DNA of 64,000 bases, taken from Planctomycetota bacterium (GTDB taxonomy: Bacteria > Planctomycetota > UBA1135 > UBA2386). Below the pieces are notes generated by a model that made no database searches, was not told the origin of the DNA, and was given only the letters and a program-made list of their open reading frames with translations. Location: NCBI GenBank assembly GCA_965223545.1, contig OZ245006.1, positions 5,888,001 to 5,952,000 on the forward strand. The letters run 5' to 3'. Position 1 is the first letter of the stretch, and each line of letters begins with the position of its first letter. The position numbers and the translations under genes were made by a program. Shown in pieces: positions 8,964-22,628 of the stretch.

Positions 8964-10711
8964 CCGAGCCTTGTTGTTCCGCGATGGTCGCGATCGCAGC
9001 CAGCCTGTTGCTGGTCGCCGGCCTTCCCGCCCAAGACGAGTCGGCTCCTGTGTCGAAGCCGAACGTGATCGTGCTGATCACCGACGACCAGGGCTACGGC
9101 GATCTCGGCGCGCATGGCAACACCTCGATCTCCACGCCGCATCTCGATCGCTTGGCGGCGGAGTCGGTGCGCCTCGTCGACTTTCACGTCGATCCGACCT
9201 GTTCGCCGACGCGCAGTGCGCTCTTGACCGGCCGCTACTCGACGCGCACCGGCGTGTGGCACACCATCATGGGGCGCTCGCTGATGGATCCGCGGGAGGA
9301 AACGTTGGCCGAGGTGTTCCGCGCCGCCGGCTATCGGACCGGGATGTTCGGCAAGTGGCACTTGGGCGACAACGCGCCGTGTCGGCCGCAGGACCAGGGG
9401 TTCGAGCACGTCGTTTGGCACCACGGCGGCGGAGTTGGTCAGGGACCCGACTACTGGGGCAACGACTACTTCGACGACACCTACGAGAAGAACGGCGAGT
9501 GGCGCCGGTTCGAGGGCTACTGCACCGATGTTTGGTTTCGCGAGGCCGCGGCGTTCATCGACGCCGAGGACGAGCGGCCGTTCTTCGTCTATCTGTCGAC
9601 CAACGCGCCACACGGCCCGTTCTTGGTCGCCGAAGAGTACGAGCGACGCTACGTCGAGGCGGGCGTGCCGCCGACCATGGCCAAGTTCTACGGCATGATC
9701 ACCAACATCGACGACAACGTCGGCCGGCTGCGGGAGAGGCTGGAGGCCCGCGGGCTTGGTGACGACACGGTGTTGGTGTTCATGACCGACAACGGCACGG
9801 CCGCGGGGCGCTCGCCGCGCGAGGGCGAGACAGGACGGTGGAGTGGTTTCAACGCCGGAATGCGCGGGCAAAAGGGCTCGGAGTACGACGGCGGGCATCG
9901 GGTGCCGTGCTTCGTGCACTGGCCGGCGGGCGGTGTCGGCGGCGGTCGCGAGGTCGATGCGCTGGCCGCGCACATCGATCTCTTGCCGACCCTGGCGGAG
10001 CTGTGTGGCGTGCGCCGCCGCGGCGAGAATGCGCTGGACGGCGTCTCGCTCGCGGGAGCGTTGCGCGGACGCGCCGCGCCGCCGCGCGACCGCACCCTGT
10101 TCGTCCACTCGCAGCGCATCGAGCACCCGCGCAAGTGGCGGAAGTCGGCGGTGATGACGGAACGGTGGCGGTTGATCAACGGCGCCGAGCTGTACGACCT
10201 ACCGGCCGATCCGGGACAGGAACGCGATGTCGCCGCCGAGCACGAGGACGTGGTGCAGCGCCTGCGGGGGAGTTACGAGCATTGGTGGGCTTCGCTCGAG
10301 CCGGTGTTCGGCGAGTACGTGCGGATCCGGTTGGGTGCCGACGACCGAGTCCAGCGTCTCATGTCGCATGATTGGCACACCGACAACGGCGGCGTTCCGT
10401 GGCATCAGAACCACGTGCGCAACGGCTACGTCGGCAACGGGCCGTGGGCCGTCGAGATCGCCCGCGGTGGAGAGTACGACGTGACCCTCTACCGGTGGCC
10501 TCCGCACTTGGAGCGCGCGATGGAGTGCGTGCACGCCTCGGTCGTCATCGGCGATCGGAGCGTAGAGGCCGCGATCGCCCCGCAGGCCGCCGCCGCGGCG
10601 TTTCGCTTGCGGCTCGAACCCGGGCCCGTCCAGCTGCTGACCACCTTGCGCCGCGCAACGGGGGAGGAGCACGGCGCCTACTTCGCGACCGTACGCCGCG
10701 TCCCGCAGTGA
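8960..10711 (+). CDS. Arylsulfatase (formylglycine-dependent S1 sulfatase)
   Basis: PNVIVLITDDQGYGD, CSPTRSALLTGR, GYRTGMFGKWHLG, PHGP, TDNG, GQKGSEYDGGHRVP, ELYDLPADPGQ; signal peptide. Confidence 0.95.
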   Translation: MTEPCCSAMVAIAASLLLVAGLPAQDESAPVSKPNVIVLITDDQGYGDLGAHGNTSISTPHLDRLAAESVRLVDFHVDPTCSPTRSALLTGRYSTRTGVWHTIMGRSLMDPREETLAEVFRAAGYRTGMFGKWHLGDNAPCRPQDQGFEHVVWHHGGGVGQGPDYWGNDYFDDTYEKNGEWRRFEGYCTDVWFREAAAFIDAEDERPFFVYLSTNAPHGPFLVAEEYERRYVEAGVPPTMAKFYGMITNIDDNVGRLRERLEARGLGDDTVLVFMTDNGTAAGRSPREGETGRWSGFNAGMRGQKGSEYDGGHRVPCFVHWPAGGVGGGREVDALAAHIDLLPTLAELCGVRRRGENALDGVSLAGALRGRAAPPRDRTLFVHSQRIEHPRKWRKSAVMTERWRLINGAELYDLPADPGQERDVAAEHEDVVQRLRGSYEHWWASLEPVFGEYVRIRLGADDRVQRLMSHDWHTDNGGVPWHQNHVRNGYVGNGPWAVEIARGGEYDVTLYRWPPHLERAMECVHASVVIGDRSVEAAIAPQAAAAAFRLRLEPGPVQLLTTLRRATGEEHGAYFATVRRVPQ

Positions 10712-10723
10712 TCGTGGTGCGCT

Positions 10724-12219
10724 TCAGCGCCCTGTCGGCTGATCCCACAGCCGGTAGGGGTCGTGTAGACGCTCCATCTCGGCGAGCAGCAGGGCCTCGA
10801 GCTCGGCGCGGATGTCCGTGTGCGCGGGATCGGCGGCGAGGTTGGTGTGTTGCTCCGACGGACGGTGGCCGGTCAGCCGGATGATGCTCTCGTCGGCGTG
10901 CTGCGCCAGGAGTTCGGCGGGGTTGTCGGCCAGGTTGAAGAGCTGAGTCTCGCGCACTTCACCCTCCATCACGTCGTACTTGATCAGCTTCCAATCCCCC
11001 TTGCGCACTGCCCGCATGCCCGGCTTGGTCCCGCCGCAGTATGCGCCGAACAAGACCTCGCGCACCGTCTCGCGTCGACCGCGCAGCACGGAGGCGAAGC
11101 TCAGGCCCTCCGAGGTTGCTGGCGTCTCGATCTCGGCCAAGTCACAGAGCGTGGCCAGCACGTCGAGCAGGTAGACGTTGCCCTGGGCGCGCTGACCGGC
11201 GGGGATGCCGGGGCCGCGCACCAGCATCGGCACGCGCCAAGTGTGCTCGTACAGGTTCTGCTTGCCTTGCAGGCCGTGTCTGCCGATCGCCATGCCGTGG
11301 TCGGCGGTGTAGAAGACGAACGTGTTGTCGAGCTCGCCCATCGCCTCGAGCTTGTCGAGGACGCGGCCGATCTGCGTGTCGATGTTCTCGCCGCAGGCGA
11401 ACTGGCGACCGATCTCGTTGCGGATCGTCGGTTCGTCGCGGCGCCGCTTGACGCCTTGCACGTTGACCTCGTCGCGCAGTCCCGGGTGACCGTGGTGGAA
11501 CGGATGCGCGGCGAGATAGTTGATCGGCAGCGGAGGTGAGCTCGGATGCGCTCGCTCGGGAACGGTGTCGTTGTCGGCACCGTATTTGGCCACGAGATCG
11601 GCAGGGCCGTGCCGGGGATCGTGCGGGTGCGAGAAGCCGAGGTAGATGAGGAATGGGTCGCGGTCGCCGCCCGTCTCCCGGTCGCTCAGGTAGTCGAGGA
11701 CACGATCGGCATGCCATGCGCTGCCGGTCTCGGCGGTGCCGCCGCGCTTGGTTGCATCGTGGTGCACGTCGAACTGCAGGTTGGCGGCACGGTAGCTGTT
11801 GCCGCGCTTGCAGGTCCGCATGGTGTCGTACCCGGCTCGCTTGAAAACCGCCGCCAAGGTGTGCTCGGCGAGGTCGTCGGGACAATGCGGATTGATGTCG
11901 TCCTTGCCCATCCCGCGCTTGGGTAGATGCCACAGCGTTCGCCCGCTCATCACCATGTGCCGCGACGGCGTACACACCGCGCCGCTGTACGACCCCATGT
12001 GATAGGCGCCGTCGAGCACGACTCCCTCGGCGGCGATGCGATCGAGGTCTCGAGCGCGGACGCTGGATCGTAGACTCGGAGGTCGAACGGCGACTGGTCG
12101 TCCGCGATGATGAACAGGAAGTTGGGGCGCGCATTGTCGAGCTGCTGCCCCGAGACCGTCGCTGGCGCAAGGGAGACCAGCGCGCAGGTGGTCACCAATA
12201 GGGTGCGGGAGAGCCACAT
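10724..12219 (-). pseudogene. S1 sulfatase (choline-sulfatase-like) interrupted by a frameshift near 12046-12047; pseudogene or sequencing error
   Basis: The N-terminus MWLSRTLLVTTCALVSLAP...PNFLFIIADDQSPFDL...SALET is in one frame. It continues in another frame as LDRIAAEGVVLDGAYHMGSYSGAVCTPSR, then PHDP, ADHG, GKQNLYE, RVPML. Confidence 0.85.
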
Positions 12220-12380
12220 GCTGCTCAGTTTCCCCAAAGAGGGGCGCACGTAAACTCGTAGTGCCCGATCCGCACGCCGGAGAGATCCTCGATCTGGCGC
12301 AGCGCGCGATCGCGCTGGCGGCGCGGGTGGACCGCTGCCGAGCGACCCTCTTATGCTGGTGGCAACCGAGGAGACCAACC

Positions 12381-13970
12381 ATGCGACCAGAACTGCTGTG
12401 CCTGCTGAGTCTGCTATGCGCCGCCCCGGACGCGCTGACCCAACCGGGCGCCCCGGTACCGCTGTCGTCGGGGCCGGATGACCGCGCGCCCGCCATCGCG
12501 TACGCCGAGAACCAGGACGTCTACCTGGCCGTGTGGGAGCGGGTCACCGGTTTGGCCGTCGAGATCGTCGGTCAGCGCTACCAGGCGGGCGGCGCGCTCG
12601 TCGGGGCACCCGTGGTCATCGCCGGCAGCGGTGGTGCACCGACGGTCGGTTACGTGAGAGCGCGCGACCGCTTCGTCGTGGCTTGGAAGGCGAGCTTCTC
12701 GGAGATCCGGGCCGCGACCGTCGACCCGGGAACTGGCGCGGTCTCCGTCTCGGTCCCGGTCGCCGAACGACCCAACTTCAATTACGTCGGGCCCGAGTTC
12801 CCCGCGTTGGCCAGCAACGTGGTGGCGACCGATCCCGCGGCCTTGTTGGTCTGGGGTGACACCCACGGTGCTGCGATCGTCGGTCTGTCGGATGTGTTCG
12901 CGCGCCGGCTCACGGTCACCGCCGCCGGCGCCATCGTTGCGGGCCCGCAGGTCACGGTCGCGCGGGGTAACTGGATCGGCGCGCCGAGTGTTTCCCGCGA
13001 CGGTGGCCAGGATGGTCGCTACCTGATCGCCTACTCCGAGCGGTTCAACTCCTCGCTCGGCGGGGTGCGGGCCAACGTGCGGGCGGTGCACGCCGACTTG
13101 TCGATGAGCTCCGTTCTGCAGCTCGACGTGGGCAGCCGAATGCCGGCGGTCGATGGCGATGGCCGGAGCTGGGTGCTCGCGTACGAGCAAGCGATCGGCA
13201 ACGATCTCGACATCTACGCGAATCGGTTGGTCTACGACGCCGCCAACAATGCGCTGCGCACCGTGGTGGTGGCGCCCGTGGCGAACGATCCGGGGGACTT
13301 GGAGACGCGGCCCCAAGTGGCGTGGCTGCAAGACTCCTGTCTGGTCGCGTTCGATGACGGGCCCAGTGGTCCCGACGACGGGTTGTTCGTCCGGTCCATC
13401 GACCAGACCGACTGTCGCTTGTGCCAGGGCACGTTCCGGCTGGCGCCGTCCGCGGCAAGCACCGGCTCCGGCTTCTATGTCGTCTCGCTCGCGCCGCGCC
13501 GCCGCGGTGGCCTCAGCGGCGACGATGTGTCGATCGCCTGGGCGGGTCTCGACGCGCAACAGGCCAGGCTCGTCCAGGCGGTCGCCTTCCGCGCGGTGGA
13601 TGGAGTGGCCACCAACCTCGGTGGCGGTTGCGGTGTCCTCGGCGGGGTCGCCCGCGCGACCTGTGCGCGCGTCGGCAATATCGGCTTCCAGCATCGGCTG
13701 CGCGACGCGCAGCCGGGGGGCGCTGCCGTGCTCGTGCTCGGCACGGTCACGGGCGGGTTCGGCTGTGGACCGTGCTCTCTCGTGCCAGTGCCGGTCGCCA
13801 GCGTGGTGACGCAGATCGATGCGTTCGGCCATGCCGCGGTGCCGATGCCCGTGCCGAGGACCCCGAGCCTGGTCGGCACGACCCTGTTCGAGCAATGGCT
13901 GACCGTGGGGGCGGGATGCGCCGCGTTCGGCGTGGACTTGTCCGACGCGCTGTCGGTGCGGCTGCAGTGA
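12381..13970 (+). CDS. Exported beta-rich protein with the shared C-terminal domain
   Basis: GAGGAG RBS; signal peptide; recurring P-x-(I/V)-A...Y-L-x-V-W blade-like units; C-terminal domain from about 13600. Confidence 0.8.
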   Translation: MRPELLCLLSLLCAAPDALTQPGAPVPLSSGPDDRAPAIAYAENQDVYLAVWERVTGLAVEIVGQRYQAGGALVGAPVVIAGSGGAPTVGYVRARDRFVVAWKASFSEIRAATVDPGTGAVSVSVPVAERPNFNYVGPEFPALASNVVATDPAALLVWGDTHGAAIVGLSDVFARRLTVTAAGAIVAGPQVTVARGNWIGAPSVSRDGGQDGRYLIAYSERFNSSLGGVRANVRAVHADLSMSSVLQLDVGSRMPAVDGDGRSWVLAYEQAIGNDLDIYANRLVYDAANNALRTVVVAPVANDPGDLETRPQVAWLQDSCLVAFDDGPSGPDDGLFVRSIDQTDCRLCQGTFRLAPSAASTGSGFYVVSLAPRRRGGLSGDDVSIAWAGLDAQQARLVQAVAFRAVDGVATNLGGGCGVLGGVARATCARVGNIGFQHRLRDAQPGGAAVLVLGTVTGGFGCGPCSLVPVPVASVVTQIDAFGHAAVPMPVPRTPSLVGTTLFEQWLTVGAGCAAFGVDLSDALSVRLQ

Positions 13971-14018
13971 CGTGAGCGGCGGCGGGGCAGGGCCACACTT
14001 GCCTCGCTCCGTCGGTCG

Positions 14019-16746
<2,728 letters not shown>

Positions 16747-16757
<11 letters not shown>

Positions 16758-17316
16758 CGCCGTCTCTCCGCAGCGCGCGCGCCAGCCAGGCCTTGGCGAG
16801 CACCCAATCCCGGGCGATCGTCCGCGGCGAGATGCCGAGCGCCTCGGCGATCTCGTTGGTGTGCATCCCGCCGAAGAAGCGCATCTCGACCATCCGCGCC
16901 TGCTGCGGGTTGACTCTGCTCAGGCGCTCGACAGCCTCGTCGACCGCCAGGATGTGGTCGGCAGGGCCGTCGGCCGCGAGCTCGGCGACGTCCACGCGCA
17001 TGCGATCGTCGAGCTTGCCGGCCTTGCGCTGCTTCGACCGCGCGTGCTCGACCAGAATGCGTCGGACGGAGTTGGCCGCCGCGCCGAAGAAATGCGCGCG
17101 GTTGTGCCAGGAGTCGTGATTGCCGGCGAGCCGCATGTAGGCCTCGTGCACCAGCGCCGTCGCCTGCAGGGTGTGTCCGGGCGCCTCGTTGCCCAGGTAC
17201 TTGGCCGCCAGAGCGTGCAACCTCTCGTAGATGAGTGGCATCAGCTCGCCGGTTGCGGCTGAGTCCCCGTCTCGCGAACGCTCGAGGAGTCGCGTGACGT
17301 GAGTTGTCCGCGTCAT
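16747..17316 (-). CDS. ECF RNA polymerase sigma factor, kinase-associated type (TIGR02999-like)
   Basis: VTRLL...GD, LMPLIYERLHALA, GHTLQATALVHEAYMRL, HFFGAAANSVRRILVEHAR, VEMRFFGG, EIAEALGISPRTIARDW. Confidence 0.93.
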
Positions 17317-17519
17317 GGGGTGTGGTGCGCCGGGGAAGGCGTGGCCGTCATCCGGTCGGCAGTGCCCGGTTTCGAGACGCATCCGAGTGCGGCTGTCCAT
17401 CGCGTGCCCTCCGCGCAAAAAGCTGGCAAGTCGGCGTCGTGTTCCATCGCACTACTGAGTGGGCATGCGAATGGCATGCCTGAAGCACACCCCACCCCAC
17501 CGATTCTTTGGAATTCGTC

Positions 17520-20210
17520 ATGAACCGTCAACCGACCCGGATGGTGAGCGCTCTCTTGAGCGCTCTTCTGGCCCCCGCTGCCATGGCCCAATCTGACTTC
17601 GCGACCTGGGTCGGCTACGACACCGGCACTGGCTCGACAGCGCGGCATCCGTACGACAGCGCGGTCGGGGACTTCGACCGGGACGGGGATCCCGACCTCG
17701 CGGTGGTGAACTGGTGGAGCTATCCGAGCATGGGGGTGCTCTACAACAACGGTGACGGGACCTACTCCGATCCAGTGCAGTACCCCGGCACGCCTTCCTA
17801 CGGCGTCGTCGTGTCGGACTTCAACGGCGACGGCTGGGACGACATCATGGCGGCCAACCACGGCCAGAACGGGTCGGCGACGACAGTGTCGCTGTACCGC
17901 AACGCGCGGGACGGTACCTTCCTACCGCGGCAGAGGTTTCAGGCGGGTCCCGGGCCGCTCGGATTGGCCGCCGCGGACTTCGACGGCGACGGCGACTTCG
18001 ACGTCGCCGTGGCCAACAACCGAATCCAGTCGACCACCGTCTCGCTGCTGCTCAACAACGGCAACGGCGAGTTCGCCCCGCCGGTGGCGTACGAGGCGGC
18101 GCCGCAGACGACGTTCGGTGCCGAGCCGGCGGTGGTGGCGGCCGCCGATCTCAATGGCGATGGCCTGCCCGATCTCGCCGTCGGCAACGACAACCAGTAC
18201 GTGACGGTGCTCTTCAACACAGGCGGGGCATTCGGCCCGCCGTCGAGCCAGAGCACCATGCTGGGGGCGAATGCCGGGTTCTACCCATCGATCGCGGTCG
18301 ACGACATCGACCGAGACGGCGATCTCGACGTGCTCTACTCCAACACGCTGACGCAGGTCTTGATCACCAGTCCACGGGTCACGTTCGCCGGCGCGGTTGC
18401 CGTGTTCCGCAACGATGGGACGGGAACGCTGGCGCCGGCCGAGGGTCACCCGACCGCGTTGGCGACGATTGGTTTCGCCGACATGGCGCTCGCGGACTTC
18501 AATGGCGACGGCTGGACCGACATCGCCGGCGTGTGGCAGGCCAATGGCGGTTGGGGCGTGTCCCTCAACGACGGCGCCGGCAACTTCCAGCTCTCGGCGG
18601 AGTACGCCTCGGGCGACGAGCCGATGTGCATCTCCGCGGCGGATGTCGACGGCGACGCCGACCCGGATGCCATCGTCGTGGCGCGGGAAGCACTGATGGC
18701 CGCCGTGCACCGCAACCCCGGCGATGGCGAGTTCTCAATAGCACCGGTGTTCGCGGCGGGTTTCCTCACCAACCGGCGCATCGACTCGGCAGACATCGAT
18801 GGCGACGGCGACCTCGACGTGGCGAGCTGCTGGGCCGCCAACAACCGCGGCGGCATCGAGATCCTGATGAACGACGGCAGCGGCGTGCTCGGACCTGCCG
18901 TCTCCTACCCGTCGCTGCAGGCCGCGGATGGCGTCAAGCTGGGGGATCTCAACGGGGACGGCTTCCCCGACCTGGCGTGGGCCGACGACACGCTCACTCC
19001 TCCGTACAACTTCTGGACTCGGCTGAACAAGGGCGATGGCACCTTCGGGCCGGCGAGAAACTGGCTGGTGGGCACTTGCGGGACGTGGGACCTCGAGCTC
19101 ATGGATCTCGACAACGACGGCGATCTCGACGTCGTGCTGTGCGAGTTCCTCGCCTGTTTCGGGACGCTGCAGAAGTTCCTCTACGCCCGTCTCAACCGCG
19201 GCGACGGTACGTTCGCGCGCCCCTACCTGATCAACGGCGATCAGACTGGCACGTCCGACGCGGTGGGCGGCGACTTCGACGAGGATGGCTTGCTCGACAT
19301 CGTCAACGCCTCCGTCTTGGGCCTCAACTTCCTCAGAGGAACCGGCGGCGGGCAGTTCGACGCCCCGGTGCCCATCGCCATCTCCGGCTCGACCGACCGG
19401 ATGGTGACCGCCGACCTCAACGGTGACGGCCACCTCGATCTCGTCGTCACCGGTCGCGAGGACGTCTTCCAACTCAATGGCGTGCACATCCTGCTGGGCG
19501 ACGGCAACGGCGGGTTCGCGCCCGCCACCCACTATCTGGGCAACTACTCCGGCGTTCGCTTCGTCGAAACCGGTGATGCGGACAGCGACGGCGACCTCGA
19601 CGTCCTGATCGGCAACATCACGTCGAACGACGTCTCGCTGTATCGCAACAACGGCGACGGCACCTTCGAAGAGCAGATTCGCTATGGCGCGGCCGGAGGC
19701 CCGATCGACCTGACGTTCGGCGACTTCACCGGCGATGGCGTCGGCGATGTCGCCGTGGTGATGGGCGACACGGTCTCCTACTACAACAACGGCGCCGGCG
19801 TGCAGGTCCTGCACGGGTTGCCGAGGTGCGCTGGCTCGTTCTCGAGCTACGGCAGCGGGCTGCCGGGCAGCGGCAACCGGACGCCGTTCCACTCGGGATC
19901 CGGCTGCCCGACGCCTGGCGCCGTGATCACGTTGGGGCTGACCAACGGTCGCGCCAACGCGCCGGCCTCTCTCTTCTTCGGCAGTGACGTCGGCTCGGTG
20001 CCGATCCTTGGCGGCACGTTCCTGCTGGGAGGCGCCATCGCGGGCTTGCCGGTGCAACTCGACCGCGACGGCGCGTTCTCGCTCTCGCCGACGATCCCGC
20101 TCCTGCCGGGTTTGGCGGGGGCGACCATCTACACCCAGGCCGCGGTTGCGGATCCGGGAGCGTTGCGCGGAGTCGCGTTCTCGGCCGGGCTGGCGACCAC
20201 CATTAGGTAG
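17520..20210 (+). CDS. Exported FG-GAP/VCBS-repeat protein with the shared C-terminal domain
   Basis: About 13 DxDGDGxxD Ca-binding repeats each followed by (L/Y)xNxGxGxF; signal peptide AAMA-Q; C-terminal domain from about 19830. Confidence 0.92.
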   Translation: MNRQPTRMVSALLSALLAPAAMAQSDFATWVGYDTGTGSTARHPYDSAVGDFDRDGDPDLAVVNWWSYPSMGVLYNNGDGTYSDPVQYPGTPSYGVVVSDFNGDGWDDIMAANHGQNGSATTVSLYRNARDGTFLPRQRFQAGPGPLGLAAADFDGDGDFDVAVANNRIQSTTVSLLLNNGNGEFAPPVAYEAAPQTTFGAEPAVVAAADLNGDGLPDLAVGNDNQYVTVLFNTGGAFGPPSSQSTMLGANAGFYPSIAVDDIDRDGDLDVLYSNTLTQVLITSPRVTFAGAVAVFRNDGTGTLAPAEGHPTALATIGFADMALADFNGDGWTDIAGVWQANGGWGVSLNDGAGNFQLSAEYASGDEPMCISAADVDGDADPDAIVVAREALMAAVHRNPGDGEFSIAPVFAAGFLTNRRIDSADIDGDGDLDVASCWAANNRGGIEILMNDGSGVLGPAVSYPSLQAADGVKLGDLNGDGFPDLAWADDTLTPPYNFWTRLNKGDGTFGPARNWLVGTCGTWDLELMDLDNDGDLDVVLCEFLACFGTLQKFLYARLNRGDGTFARPYLINGDQTGTSDAVGGDFDEDGLLDIVNASVLGLNFLRGTGGGQFDAPVPIAISGSTDRMVTADLNGDGHLDLVVTGREDVFQLNGVHILLGDGNGGFAPATHYLGNYSGVRFVETGDADSDGDLDVLIGNITSNDVSLYRNNGDGTFEEQIRYGAAGGPIDLTFGDFTGDGVGDVAVVMGDTVSYYNNGAGVQVLHGLPRCAGSFSSYGSGLPGSGNRTPFHSGSGCPTPGAVITLGLTNGRANAPASLFFGSDVGSVPILGGTFLLGGAIAGLPVQLDRDGAFSLSPTIPLLPGLAGATIYTQAAVADPGALRGVAFSAGLATTIR

Positions 20211-20261
20211 ACGCGGGAGTCGCGGCCGGGCGCGGCGGCGAGGATCGCTGTTGGGGGAGCG

Positions 20262-22523
20262 TCAACGAACGTCCGTGCGAAGACCGTTCGAGGTGGTGAG
20301 ACCCGCGGGGTTGGCGCCGCGGTCGACGGTGAGCCATTGCCAGTAGAGCGTGCCGTTGCCGGTCAATGGGAAGGTCACGCCGGCGGTGCCCAGCACCGAG
20401 GTCGTCGTCGGCAGGCTGACCGCGGTCGCCAAGCCGACGTGCAGCACGCATCCGCGCATGCCGAGCGGGTCGAGTGGCGTCGCGGCGCTGGTGGTCGACA
20501 GCATCAGGGCCGCCGGTGCCGACTGTGGGCCCCCGATCATGGAACAGCGCCAAGCGGCGAGCCCCGTGAGTGGCGTGCCGCTGCTGCGGATCGAGCCGCC
20601 GCAGCGCACGCCGAACGTCGTCGCGCTCGCGGCGGGGTAGACCAAGGCGCGGCCGTACAGCGGTGCGGCGGCTTCGCTCGTCGCGTAGGCGAACCAGAAC
20701 TCGTCGTCGTGGAACGCGACCGCGCCGCCCGACACGCTGCCGGTCAGCGCGGTGTACAGCGCGGCGGTTTCGACCGTGTTGCCGTCGAAGCCGAGGCGCA
20801 CGGCGGTCAGCGACGGCGAGATTCCGCGGCGGCGCTGGCGGTAGGTCACGATCCAATGGCTGCCGGTGTTGGTGTCGTGTGCCAGCGCCGGTGCGGCGGC
20901 GCCGGTCGTGCTCAGACCCGCTACCGGCGTCTTTGTCCAGGACAGGGTTGGCGACGCAGCCGTCGATGGCCAGTCGAAGCGCCGCACATCGAGGTACTCA
21001 CCGGTCGTGGCGCCTTGATGCAGGCCGCGCATGCACGAGACCGCGTAGCTGCCGCCGGCTCCCGCGATGTCGGGGTGCGCGTCGTAGCTCCCGTAGGTCG
21101 TCGACAGGGGACCCACGCGTGCCGGGCCGCGCGCGGTGGTGCCGGCGATCAGCGCTGTCCAAACATCCCACGCCGGCACGCCGCTGTTCAGGTTGCGCTC
21201 CTGCCACACCAGCCCCCAAACCGGGTTGCCCAGGGCGTCGTTCGTCGCCCGCTGGGTCACGCGGCCATTCTCCCGGTCGTAGTTGGCGGCGGTCGACCGA
21301 CCGAGCAGCTTCTGGTTGAACAGGGTGCCCGTGGCGGCGTCGAACAGCACCGAGCGCAGCTCGGTGTTGGCAGTGTTCGCCAAAGAAGTCGTCACGTCGC
21401 TCTGGAACACCATCGCCGCCCACGGCAGGTTGCCGTTCGAGCCACCGATGTCCGGGTTGCGGTCGACGGATTGAGGCCCGGTGCGACCCATGAACGTCCA
21501 GCTGCCACTGTTGAGGAAGAGGTTGCCGGCGTCGTGGCGGTAGAGTCGGATCTGCGCCACCGTGGTCGCCCGCGCGAAGGCGATGACCCAGCGCTGCGCG
21601 GCGTCGACGAACGCCACGCTCGGTGCGTTGGTGTCGATCGCCGCCGAGACGTCGGTGAAGAGCAGGGCTCCGTTGCCGAACGATCGGTCGGTCGTGTAGG
21701 CGTAGACGTCGCGGTCGGTGGACGAGACCCAACGCGTCTCGACGATCAGCACCGGCCGCCCGGGTGGTGCTCGCTCCGCGATGTCGACGGTGTCGACGGT
21801 CCAGTTGGCGAGCGACCCGCCGACGACCACCGGCGACAGCAGCGGGTCGATGACCACGGGCCATCGCGCATCGCGCAGCCAGCTGCCGGGAACCACCAGC
21901 CGCACCTCGTCTCCGCGCGTCTCGGTCGCGACTGGCACCGCTCGCTGGTTTGCGTCGAACGCCGTGGCGCTCCCGTAGCGCACCCGTGCCACGCCGGCGG
22001 GATCGACCAGGCGCAGCGCCGCCGGGCCGGGTGCCACCGCGTCGCGGACGACCGCCAGCTCGGAACGCAAGCGCCCGACGACGACCAAGTCACCGCTGCC
22101 GCGGGCCAGCTCGCGGTCGACGACGAACGACTGCTCGACCCCTTCTCGACGCACGTCGTAGCGCTCGACCAGGCCGGGGTAGTGGTACTCGTAGCGCCAG
22201 CGCGTGTGCTGCTGCGCTGCGGTGTGCGTGGTGGTGTCCAGCAGCGGGGCGCCGCCGCGCTCCACACGTAGAGTCTGCCACTCCACCGGCATGTTGCGCG
22301 GCGCGTTCCGACCGAGCACCGGATAGAAGACCGGCCCGTCGTGGAACGAGATCTTGTAGCCATCGCCGGTCGCCCACTTCCCGTAGGCGCCGAAGGCGGG
22401 GTCGTCGGGGTGGGTGTGTACTGGCACGCGCCGGTCGGAGTTGGCAACTGCAGAATGCTGCGCTGCAGCGCAAATGGCGAGGGCGGGGAGCAGGACGATC
22501 GCGTGGCCGGTGGTTGTTCGCAT
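20262..22523 (-). CDS. Exported beta-rich protein with the shared C-terminal domain
   Basis: Signal peptide MRTTTGHAIVLLPALAICAAA-Q; N-domain (ERYDVRREGVEQSFVV...WPVVIDP) resembles the N-domain of the SBBP protein at 35586-38252 (LRLCIDP); blade-like repeats; C-terminal domain at about 20262-20635. Confidence 0.8.
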   Translation of the reverse strand: MRTTTGHAIVLLPALAICAAAQHSAVANSDRRVPVHTHPDDPAFGAYGKWATGDGYKISFHDGPVFYPVLGRNAPRNMPVEWQTLRVERGGAPLLDTTTHTAAQQHTRWRYEYHYPGLVERYDVRREGVEQSFVVDRELARGSGDLVVVGRLRSELAVVRDAVAPGPAALRLVDPAGVARVRYGSATAFDANQRAVPVATETRGDEVRLVVPGSWLRDARWPVVIDPLLSPVVVGGSLANWTVDTVDIAERAPPGRPVLIVETRWVSSTDRDVYAYTTDRSFGNGALLFTDVSAAIDTNAPSVAFVDAAQRWVIAFARATTVAQIRLYRHDAGNLFLNSGSWTFMGRTGPQSVDRNPDIGGSNGNLPWAAMVFQSDVTTSLANTANTELRSVLFDAATGTLFNQKLLGRSTAANYDRENGRVTQRATNDALGNPVWGLVWQERNLNSGVPAWDVWTALIAGTTARGPARVGPLSTTYGSYDAHPDIAGAGGSYAVSCMRGLHQGATTGEYLDVRRFDWPSTAASPTLSWTKTPVAGLSTTGAAAPALAHDTNTGSHWIVTYRQRRRGISPSLTAVRLGFDGNTVETAALYTALTGSVSGGAVAFHDDEFWFAYATSEAAAPLYGRALVYPAASATTFGVRCGGSIRSSGTPLTGLAAWRCSMIGGPQSAPAALMLSTTSAATPLDPLGMRGCVLHVGLATAVSLPTTTSVLGTAGVTFPLTGNGTLYWQWLTVDRGANPAGLTTSNGLRTDVR

Positions 22524-22628
22524 GGCGTCTCCGACTGGACAGCGCCCGCGGAAGGCCCGACCGAACAGGGCGGCCGCGATTTCGGGCCGAGGATCTTGGC
22601 TATGATGATGGGCTGAAGGAGCACTGAC

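Noticed and set aside
12030..12070. Programmed ribosomal frameshift in the sulfatase
   Set aside because: There is no slippery run, and conserved residues are physically missing, which indicates a deletion.
17600..19800. Repetitive DNA (gacggcgacggcgac-type) as a CRISPR array or tandem repeat
   Set aside because: These are degenerate codons of FG-GAP protein repeats, with no fixed repeat-spacer structure and no cas genes.
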